Both the position numbers and the translations under genes were made by a program. Below are positions 1 through 7,365 of a stretch of 32,000 nucleotides of DNA, one piece after another. Within the stretch, counting starts at the first letter, position 1, and each line of letters opens with the position of its first letter. Source of the stretch: Mucisphaera calidilacus (GTDB lineage Bacteria > Planctomycetota > Phycisphaerae > Phycisphaerales > Phycisphaeraceae); contig NZ_CP036280.1 in the NCBI RefSeq assembly GCF_007748075.1, positions 90,001 through 122,000 of the forward strand, written 5' to 3'. The notes beneath the pieces were generated by a model. It was given only the letters and a program-made list of their open reading frames with translations, was not told where the DNA came from and ran no database searches.

Positions 1-2121
1 CTGGATCATGGCGAAGTCGAACTTGAGCTCGACGACGGCGGGGTTGTCGGGTTCGAGTGCCTCGGCCTCGGCGATCGCCTCGCGGGCGTTCTCGATGTCG
101 CGTTGGCGCATGGCGTTCTGGGCCTCGGCGCGGGCGCGGGCGAAGGGTGTGGTCTGGACGAGGCCGGAGACGACCTCGCTGAGGCTGGACTCGTCGATCA
201 GGGCGCGGAGCACCTGGACGACCTTGGCGTCGCCACCCGAGGATTCGTAGGCATCGATGAGTTGGGTCTGCCGGGCCTCGTCTTCGAGCAGCGGGATGAG
301 CTGGCCGAGGATCTGGGGGTTGTTGGGCGTGAGCGCGTTGGCTTCGAGCAGGGCGTCGCGGGCCTCGTCGTTGCGGTCGAGTGCCTTGAGCAGCCGGACG
401 GCGATCATGCCGGGCGGCTGGTTGTTGGCGCGGGCGTTCTCGAGGAGCGGCTCGAGCGCGGCCTCCTTCTCGGCCCGGCTGCCATACTGAAGAACGATCT
501 GGATCAGCGCGGTGCGTGCGAGGGTGTTCTCGGGGTCGCTGGCGAGGAGGTACTCGATGTGTCGGCGTGCGTCGGCGGGGTTCTGCTCGGCCAGGTAGAC
601 CTGGATGAGTTCCTGCCGTGCCTCGGTGTAGCTCGGTCGCGCACTCAGAACGGACTCGAGGCGGGTGGCGGCCTCGCCCCACTGCTTGAGGATGGCGTGG
701 GTCTTGGCCAGGAGGTAGAGGGCCTCGAGGTTGGATTCGCCGTAGCGCGACGAGGCCTGGTCGAAGTAGATGGCGGCCTGCCGGAAGTCCTGCCGGGCGA
801 AGGCGAGCTTGCCGGCGAGCATGGTGACCTGGGGGCGGTCGGGGAAGGTGATGTTGAGTTCCTTGACGATCTCCCCGATCTGGTCGAGCACGGGCTGGCG
901 TCCCTCGGCGTCGCGCTGGTTGGCGATGAGGAAGAGGCTGGTGGCCATCTCGAGGCTGGCGACGAGTTTGACCTGTCGCGAGAGGAGGGTCTCGATGGGC
1001 GGTGCCTTGGCGTCGGCGAGGCTGCGTGCCTTCTCGGCGGCGGCGACGGCCTTCTGGGGCTGATTGGTGCCGCGGTAGAGGGTCGCGAGCTGGAGGTTGA
1101 CCGAGGCGTTGTCGGGCTGGATCTCGAGGACGGCCTCGCCGAGTCGGACGGCGCGGTCGCGGTCGGCCATGATGGCCTCGGCGCGTCCGCCGGCGAGTTC
1201 GGGGTCGCTGACGGTCGGCCCGCCGCGTGCGCCGGCGTTGAGGATGGCCATGGCGGCGAGGACCTGGCGGCGTGAGCCGCCGGAGGCGGCGAGGGAGCCC
1301 TCGATCTGACCGAAGGTTTCCTGGGCCTGGTCGCGGAGTCCGAGCACGGGGTTGAGGGCGAGCTGGACGTAGCGGAGCTGCTGCTCGATGTCCTGGCCGG
1401 CCGCGGTGCTCAGGCGTTCGAGGGCGTCGATCGCCTCGGCGCGGAGCTCGGCGATCTCGGGGTCGTCGGCGGCGAGGCGTGCGATGCGGTCGGCGCGGTT
1501 GATGTCGAGGATGGCGAGGGCTTCGAGGGCCTCGGCGTCGTCGGGGGTCTGTTCGAGGACGGCCTTGAGGTCGGCGCGGGCCTGCTCGCGCTGGTCTTCC
1601 ATGGCGGTGCCGCGTGCGATGCGTGCGGCGGTGGCGACGCCCCGGTACTTGAGGGCGACGCGGTCATCCTGAACGTTGCCGAGGCGGTCGTTGGCGGCGT
1701 CGTACATGACGTCGGCGAAGGCGGAGTCGAGTTCGCGTCGCATCTCGTTGAGGAAGCTGTAGTAAGCCCGCTGAGCCTCGGGGTCGGAGAGCTGGAGCGT
1801 GGCGACCTTGCGGCGGATGCTGCGGAGGGAGTTGAGGCGTTTCTGGGCCTGCTGGACGTCGGCGACGGGGGCCTCGCGCATGTAGTCGTACTGGATGTTG
1901 AGCAGCTCGATGTTGTTGGGGTCGTGGCTGATGGCCTTGCCGATTTCCTCGATGGCGAGCCGGTACTCGCCCTGCTCGTAGTAGGCCTGGGCCTCGGCGA
2001 TGCGTGTCTCGGCGTCGCGCTGGACGAACTGGAAGTAGAAGATCGCTGCGCCGCCCACGACAACGACGAGGGCCGCGACGAGGATGATGAGGAACGGGGT
2101 GTTGATTCGCTGCTTGGCCAT
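1..2121 (-). CDS. TPR-repeat protein with N-terminal membrane anchor (PrsT-like companion of exosortase systems); C-terminal end lies beyond the left window edge
   Basis: Absent from the ORF track because it runs off the edge. My own minus-strand translation from the ATG at 2119-2121 (MAKQRINTPFLIILVAALVVVVGGAAIFYFQF...) stays open for 707 codons down to position 1. It has one hydrophobic anchor followed by repeated helical-pair motifs typical of TPR (AQAYYEQGEYRLAIEEIGKAISHDPNN; LAKTHAILKQWGEAATRLESVLSARPSYTEARQELIQVYL). G/C third-position bias is strong. It lies 50 nt downstream of the exosortase gene on the same strand. Confidence 0.75.
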   Translation of the reverse strand, partial: MAKQRINTPFLIILVAALVVVVGGAAIFYFQFVQRDAETRIAEAQAYYEQGEYRLAIEEIGKAISHDPNNIELLNIQYDYMREAPVADVQQAQKRLNSLRSIRRKVATLQLSDPEAQRAYYSFLNEMRRELDSAFADVMYDAANDRLGNVQDDRVALKYRGVATAARIARGTAMEDQREQARADLKAVLEQTPDDAEALEALAILDINRADRIARLAADDPEIAELRAEAIDALERLSTAAGQDIEQQLRYVQLALNPVLGLRDQAQETFGQIEGSLAASGGSRRQVLAAMAILNAGARGGPTVSDPELAGGRAEAIMADRDRAVRLGEAVLEIQPDNASVNLQLATLYRGTNQPQKAVAAAEKARSLADAKAPPIETLLSRQVKLVASLEMATSLFLIANQRDAEGRQPVLDQIGEIVKELNITFPDRPQVTMLAGKLAFARQDFRQAAIYFDQASSRYGESNLEALYLLAKTHAILKQWGEAATRLESVLSARPSYTEARQELIQVYLAEQNPADARRHIEYLLASDPENTLARTALIQIVLQYGSRAEKEAALEPLLENARANNQPPGMIAVRLLKALDRNDEARDALLEANALTPNNPQILGQLIPLLEDEARQTQLIDAYESSGGDAKVVQVLRALIDESSLSEVVSGLVQTTPFARARAEAQNAMRQRDIENAREAIAEAEALEPDNPAVVELKFDFAMIQ

Positions 2122-2171
2122 GGGGGTCTCTCAATCCGTGTGCCGCGTCGGTGTTGGCGTCACGATCAGGT

Positions 2172-4253
2172 TTAGCGGGGTTCAGCGGGCGGCCAGGTCC
2201 CCTCGGTAACCTCGATCCAGTCGGGCAGGGCGGCCATCACGTGGGGGAGCATGTCGTCGAGGGCGCGGGTGACCGTCTCGACGGCCCGGTTGGGGTCGGC
2301 GACGCCGATCGGCTGCAGCTCGATCTTGCAGTAGTAGCTGTAGCGGTCGGTGGGGTTGAAGGCGAGGAGCCTAACGCGTTCGGCGGTCTCGGCGAACTCG
2401 CCGTTGGCCGCGAAGACGTAGAGGACGTGCATGTCCTGGTCGGGCCGGTCCTCGGTGCCGTAGGTGAACTGGCGCATCGTGAATTCGGCGTCGGGGATGC
2501 GCGCGGTCTGGCCGTCGGGGAGCGTGGCGAGATAGTCGCTGTTCTCGATGTCGCGGGTGAGGCGCGAGCGGTCGAGTGTCACGAGGGGGTAGCCGCCGCC
2601 ACGGGCCACGAGTCCGCCGGCGATGAAGCAGCGTTCGGGGACGTGGGGGACGGTGTCGGCGGTGCCGGTGTAGTAGGCGACGTGCAGGCGGACCATCGAG
2701 CCGACGGGCGCATCCGCCAGGTAGCGGTTGCGCTGGGTGGTGTTCTTGAAGTCGACGCCGGTGGCGTCGTGCATCTGCGTGTTGACGTAGAGGCGTGAGA
2801 CGTACTGCTCGGTGCCGAGTTCGGAGACGATGTCCTTGGGCAGCCGCTGGTCGTCGATCAGCCGCCAGGGCCCCATGGTGAAGGGGATCTTGACGACGGA
2901 CTCGCGGAGGGGAACGGCTTCCTTGAGCAGGACGACCTCGGTCATGGCCACGGCCTGCTTGAGGCCGGCGGTGGCGGTGGCGAGGGCGCCGATGATGACG
3001 ATCAGGGCCATCTGGCGTGCGGGCCGGCCTGTTGGGCCTTCGGGCAGGTTGCGGAACAGGGCCGGGACGACGGCGACAATCGCGATCAGCAGGGCGAGGG
3101 TGCAGACGACGAGGGTGGTCCACCCGGCCCAGGCGGGGAAGGACTCGCCGACGACGTCGGGCCGCAGGGCGGACAGGAAGCCGAGGTAGGCAAGACCGGC
3201 GAGCAGCGTGACGCCCGCGCCGGTGACCAGGGCGCTGAGGACGCGTGTGGGGCTGACCCATGCGGGGGGTTCGGGGGTTTCGTCGGCCTGGGCGTCGGTC
3301 TTCCTGGCGGGCGGGGTTTCGTCCTCGTCCTCGTCGGAGATGACGATGTTGTCGAGGATCCAGGTGACCAGCATGAAGATGCCGGCGGCGGGGATGAGCA
3401 TGAGCATGCCGACGAAGATGTGGAAGTCGCCGGTGGCCATCTCCCGGTTGTAGACATAGAGCACGCCGATGGTCGAGACGCGTGCGACGTTGACGAGGAT
3501 GGCGATGGGGATGGTGAGGCTGATGAGGGCGATACGCTGCCACCACTGGAGCTTCTGGATGAAGGCGAAGGCGACGCCGAGCGCGATGAACGCCATGAGC
3601 ATGCGCAGGCCGGAGCAGGCCTCGGCGACGTTGATGCTCTCGGTGATCAGCTCGCCGGCCTTGTAGAAGGTGAGGTCGATGGTGATGCCGCGGTCGTTGA
3701 CCGACTCGAGGTTGCCGTCGAAGACGGCCCAGCACTCGAGGACGATCGTGGCGGCGTTAGCGGCGATGGCCTGGAGGAGGTTGGCGATCTGCTCCCAGAT
3801 CTTGTCGCTGACCTTGACGGCGAAGACGAGGTAGGCCACGGGGAACCAGAGCCAGCGCATGGCGTGGGTGCCCATGACGAACCAGGTGATCCCGAAGAGG
3901 GCGAGGATCATCGAGTAGCCCTGGGCCATGTCGTTGCGGATGGGGTAGATGCCCAGGCCGTAGCCGACGAAGCCGGCGAGCATGAACAGCAGGCCGATCG
4001 GCGCGACGCGGGGGATCGTCTGGCGGATGTGGTCCTGATGGATGCGGATGTAGTAGAGGGAGATCAGCGGGACGATCAGGGCGTGGGACCAGTCAGAGTC
4101 GGTGGTGGCAAAGAGCCAGGTCCTGCGCAGGAAGACGTAGTGCAGCAGCCCGAAGAGGGCGATGAGCACGGCCATCAGCCCCCACGCGGAGGGGGTGAAC
4201 AGGCTGCCCGGTTGCTTCGGGCTGACGGGGTTGTTCAGGCTGGCGGTCGTCAT
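2172..4253 (-). CDS. Exosortase (EpsH/Xrt family) fused to a C-terminal EpsI-family domain
   Basis: 693-aa ORF. The N-terminal ~300 aa form a polytopic domain with exosortase hallmarks: DWSHALIVPLISLYY, the ACSGLR motif (Cys213, codon 3615-3617), PIAILVNVARV (Arg258) and DFHIFVG (His278). An acidic/Pro linker follows (ISDEDEDETPPARKTDAQADETPEPP), then three more hydrophobic helices. The last ~250 aa carry EpsI-type idioms (IPFTMGPWRL, VPHVPERCFIAGG). Confidence 0.85.
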   Translation of the reverse strand: MTTASLNNPVSPKQPGSLFTPSAWGLMAVLIALFGLLHYVFLRRTWLFATTDSDWSHALIVPLISLYYIRIHQDHIRQTIPRVAPIGLLFMLAGFVGYGLGIYPIRNDMAQGYSMILALFGITWFVMGTHAMRWLWFPVAYLVFAVKVSDKIWEQIANLLQAIAANAATIVLECWAVFDGNLESVNDRGITIDLTFYKAGELITESINVAEACSGLRMLMAFIALGVAFAFIQKLQWWQRIALISLTIPIAILVNVARVSTIGVLYVYNREMATGDFHIFVGMLMLIPAAGIFMLVTWILDNIVISDEDEDETPPARKTDAQADETPEPPAWVSPTRVLSALVTGAGVTLLAGLAYLGFLSALRPDVVGESFPAWAGWTTLVVCTLALLIAIVAVVPALFRNLPEGPTGRPARQMALIVIIGALATATAGLKQAVAMTEVVLLKEAVPLRESVVKIPFTMGPWRLIDDQRLPKDIVSELGTEQYVSRLYVNTQMHDATGVDFKNTTQRNRYLADAPVGSMVRLHVAYYTGTADTVPHVPERCFIAGGLVARGGGYPLVTLDRSRLTRDIENSDYLATLPDGQTARIPDAEFTMRQFTYGTEDRPDQDMHVLYVFAANGEFAETAERVRLLAFNPTDRYSYYCKIELQPIGVADPNRAVETVTRALDDMLPHVMAALPDWIEVTEGTWPPAEPR

Positions 4254-4571
4254 AGTGAACGTTAATCAGCGTTGCCGGTTTGACCGGATGTTTGCGAACT
4301 CGATATCGACGGAATCGGCCCCTCGCTGAGGTGGGGATTGGCGTGTACGTCCTGATCCCTCCGAGAGTTCGCCGATCCTTCGGCTGATGCACGTTCTGCC
4401 GCCTTCTCCGTGCTGGCGGTGCCCGATGGCGGAAGGTCAAGATAACAGAGATAGGCAGGCCTGAGGGTTTCTAACGCGCTTTCCATCTTTGCCGGTGGCA
4501 GGGCAAGGCGCGGATGGGGCGCTGCGTGGCGGTGAACCGGAATCAGAGATCAGCGAAACGGTGTCGTGGGA

Positions 4572-6065
4572 TCAGTTGTTCTCGCGTGGTCCGAAGACGT
4601 TCTCGTCGAAGTTCCGGTCGAGCACGAAGCCGAAGCCGTAGCTCATGCGGAAGCCGTTGCGGATGACCGCGAGGGGTGCAGCGACGAAGTTGGTGCCGAT
4701 GTTGATGCGGTCGTTGGGCTTGAGGTAGATGTCCGGCTCGGTCATGTCGAAGATGGCCCGGAGGTTGAGCCGGATGGAGGCCTGCTGGTTGTCGCTGATA
4801 CGCCGGGTGAGTTCGACACGTTCGGGGATCGCGATGGGCGAGAGGTTGCCGGCGGCGAAGATGAGCTGGCCGAGGGTGAGGTCGTTTTCGCCGGGCACGG
4901 AATAGGCACCGGGTCGGTTGATGGCGCCGCCGATGTAGACGAATCCGCCGGTGGCCTCGGGGACGCGGATGGTGTCGCCGGGGCGGACGACGATGTTGTA
5001 GCGCATGTCGCCGGCGAGGAGCTTGTCGTAGGGGATCTCGATGATGCGTTGGGTAATCATGGAGGCGAGGGGGTCTTCGGTCTGGGGTGCCTCTTCGCCG
5101 GGCAGGCTGACGGGGGCCTGGGGCTGGCCGGAACGGACCCAGCGTCCGTTGACGTAGATCCACTGGGCGCCGCCTTCTTCGGGGTCGAGTCCGCGTTCGA
5201 GTGCGGAGGGGGCGCCGGTGCCGGTGGCGGGCTGCTCCTGCATGCCCAGCTCGCCGAGGGGGTCGGCGTCGGGGGACATGCCGGTGTCGCTCGGCTCTTC
5301 GCCAAGGCCCTCGAAGACGTCGTCGATGGCGTCGGTGGGCTCCTGATCCTCTTCGGGCCGGAGGCCCGGCATCAGGGGGAGCATCGCCTCGGACTCGGGC
5401 GTGAGCGGGGCGGTGCGGAAGATGAGCAGCCGCTTGGTTCGGCCGGGGATGCCGCGTGCCTGAGCCAGGGCGTCGAGGAGCCTGAACTCCGGCTTGGGGA
5501 TCGTGTAGATGCCGATGGCGGACCCGCCCTCGATCGGTTCGCCGAAGACGGTGTAGGTGTTCTGGCGCGATTCCTGCACGATGACGCTGACGGTGGCGTC
5601 GCGGAGGATGCCACGCGCTTCGAGGGTCTCGATGACGACCTGTTCGAGCTGGCTGGGGGTCATGCCGGCGGCCTTGATGGGGCCGACGATCTGGAGGCGG
5701 ATGGTGCCGGTCTCGTCGATCCGGCGGGTCTGGACCGAGTCCTGACCGGGCAGCACGAGCTCGAAGACGGTGACGGTGATCAGGTCGCCGGAACCGATGG
5801 TGTATTCCTGGATGTCGGGCACGAGGTCGGAGGGCTGAACCTGAGTCAGGGGAAGGTCCTGGTTGTCGTCGTCCTCGATGATGTCGATGCGGTCGAGGAT
5901 CGGTGCGACGCCCGCGGCCTGCTCCCAGCGGCCGATGACGGAGGGGTCCATGTAGGAGTCGAGTTCGCAGCCGATGATGCCCACGGCGAGGGCGAGGGCC
6001 GAGACGGCGAGGAAGATCCGGCTGGTGAGGGATCGACGGTTGTGGGGACGCTCCGTGTTGCTCAC
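4572..6065 (-). CDS. Polysaccharide export outer-membrane lipoprotein (Wza/EpsA-like: Poly_export + SLBB)
   Basis: 497-aa ORF with a GTG start at 6063-6065 and AGGAG 8 nt upstream. Lipobox AVGIIGC (Cys33). Poly_export-type stretch YTIGSGDLITVTVFE...RRIDETGTIRLQIVGPIKAAGMTPSQLEQVV. C-terminal SLBB-like stretch RPGDTIRVPE...GAINRPGAYSVPGENDLTLGQLIFAAGNL. Confidence 0.8.
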   Translation of the reverse strand: MSNTERPHNRRSLTSRIFLAVSALALAVGIIGCELDSYMDPSVIGRWEQAAGVAPILDRIDIIEDDDNQDLPLTQVQPSDLVPDIQEYTIGSGDLITVTVFELVLPGQDSVQTRRIDETGTIRLQIVGPIKAAGMTPSQLEQVVIETLEARGILRDATVSVIVQESRQNTYTVFGEPIEGGSAIGIYTIPKPEFRLLDALAQARGIPGRTKRLLIFRTAPLTPESEAMLPLMPGLRPEEDQEPTDAIDDVFEGLGEEPSDTGMSPDADPLGELGMQEQPATGTGAPSALERGLDPEEGGAQWIYVNGRWVRSGQPQAPVSLPGEEAPQTEDPLASMITQRIIEIPYDKLLAGDMRYNIVVRPGDTIRVPEATGGFVYIGGAINRPGAYSVPGENDLTLGQLIFAAGNLSPIAIPERVELTRRISDNQQASIRLNLRAIFDMTEPDIYLKPNDRINIGTNFVAAPLAVIRNGFRMSYGFGFVLDRNFDENVFGPRENN

Positions 6066-6352
6066 GCCTGTTGCTCCTGCTTGCTCAACGCCCTGGGTCG
6101 GGCGGACTTCCTGTGCGATGCCACGGTCCGGCTGTTCGCGTTGCGTGCGTCATCCTAATCAAAGGCCAGCCCCGCCGCATCCTGTGGCGGTGTGGGTCTC
6201 TATCCCATCGGCTCGATCGTTCACGGGCCGTGATGGGTACGCGACTTTCCCCGAAGAAGATCGGTCGGGCCGCTGTTGTCGGACGATGGATGGATTAGCG
6301 GACGTTGCCCGGCGTGTTTGATGGCGGTCGGCGGTAGCGGTATGAAGGGTTG

Positions 6353-7351
6353 ATGAAGACAACCATTATCGGCAACGGCGCGATGGCGACGGTCTGTGCG
6401 CTGATCCTCAGCCCGCGCTATCCGGTGCGGATGTGGGGGCCGAACGCCGAGGCGCTCGCCATGCTCGCCCGCGAGCGGGTCAACGAGCGCTACCTGCCGG
6501 GTGCGCGGCTGCCCGACGAGGTGGAGTTGACGGCCGATCCCGAGGAGGCCCTGGCGGGCTGCGAGCTCATCATCAACGCCATCCCGACGCAGTACATCCG
6601 GGCGACGTGGGAGCGGTTCGTGCCGCTGGTGGGGGCGGGTGTGCCGGTGGTTTCGGTCTCGAAGGGGATCGAGCAGCAGACGCTGCTCCGGCCGACGCAG
6701 ATCGTCCGCGACGTGCTGGGCGACCCGGCCCGCGTGGTGGCGTCGCTGTCGGGCCCGACGGTGGCGGAGGAGCTGGTGCACTGCCTGCCGGCGACGCTCT
6801 GCGCCGCTTCGGAGGAGGAGCCGTTCGCCGAGGCGTTGCAGGCGATGTTCTCGACGCACTGGCTGCGCACCTACACCAACACCGACCTGCTCGGCGTCGA
6901 GCTGGCGGGCGCCACCAAGAACGTCATCGCACTCGCGGCGGGGGCGATCGACGGCCTGCGCGCCGGGATCAACGCCAAGAGCGCCCTGCTCGCCCGCGGG
7001 CTGGCGGAGATCTCCCGCCTCGGCTTGGCCATGGGCGCCCGGCAGGAGACGTTCTTCGGGATCGCGGGCGTCGGCGACCTGGCGACGACCTGCTTCTCGC
7101 CTTCGGGGCGCAACCGGACCTGCGGCGAGATGCTCGGTCGGGGCCGGAAACTCGACGAGGTGCTCGAAGCGATCCCCGGCGTGGTCGAGGGCGTGCCGAC
7201 GACACGCGCGGTCGTGGCGCTGGCTCGGCAGCATGGCGTGGAGATGCCGCTGACGCAGGCGATCCACCGGGTGCTCTTCGAGGGCCTCGACCCGATCGAG
7301 GGGATTTCGTCGCTGATGTCCCGCGACCTCAAGGCCGAACGCGTCAACTGA
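6353..7351 (+). CDS. gpsA: NAD(P)H-dependent glycerol-3-phosphate dehydrogenase
   Basis: Colinear GpsA motifs: KTTIIGNGAMATVCALIL (dinucleotide fold), SVSKGIE, LSGPTVAEE, GATKNVIALAAGAIDGL, TTCFSPSGRNRTCGEMLGRG. The track start at 6350 is TTG, so I use the adjacent ATG at 6353. The exact start is uncertain by one codon. Confidence 0.9.
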   Translation: MKTTIIGNGAMATVCALILSPRYPVRMWGPNAEALAMLARERVNERYLPGARLPDEVELTADPEEALAGCELIINAIPTQYIRATWERFVPLVGAGVPVVSVSKGIEQQTLLRPTQIVRDVLGDPARVVASLSGPTVAEELVHCLPATLCAASEEEPFAEALQAMFSTHWLRTYTNTDLLGVELAGATKNVIALAAGAIDGLRAGINAKSALLARGLAEISRLGLAMGARQETFFGIAGVGDLATTCFSPSGRNRTCGEMLGRGRKLDEVLEAIPGVVEGVPTTRAVVALARQHGVEMPLTQAIHRVLFEGLDPIEGISSLMSRDLKAERVN

Positions 7352-7365
7352 GTTTTTGATGACGA

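Noticed and set aside
103-1275. 390-aa plus-strand ORF (plus the ORFs at 8..250, 257..490, 770..1063, 1097..1309 and 1388..1672, and the minus-frame ORFs 1410..2063 and 1664..2134)
   Set aside because: The translations are G/A/V/E/D/L- or R/P/S-rich low complexity with no motifs. They lie antisense to, or out of frame with, the TPR gene, whose frame stays open for 707 codons and gives a sensible protein. They are a typical high-GC artefact.
2371-3735. 454-aa minus-strand alternate-frame ORF inside the exosortase gene
   Set aside because: It is an Arg/Pro/His-rich frame-shifted shadow. The exosortase frame carries the conserved motifs.
4262-4486. 74-aa minus-strand ORF in the spacer between the Wza-like and exosortase genes
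   Set aside because: By my codon-by-codon reading, third-position G/C is only moderate, unlike the near-saturated bias of real genes here. It has no SD and no recognisable motif. The 318-nt spacer is more likely an untranslated leader of the exosortase gene.
4566-6158. 530-aa plus-strand ORF
   Set aside because: It is antisense to the Wza-like gene, has a G/D/A/V/E-rich composition and no recognisable domain, and spans the real gene's start and stop.
7352-7365. 14-nt gap (GTTTTTGATGACGA) between the convergent gpsA and inverse-autotransporter-like genes
   Set aside because: It is too short for a hairpin terminator. I note it only as another case of overlapping convergent transcription, with no independent signal.
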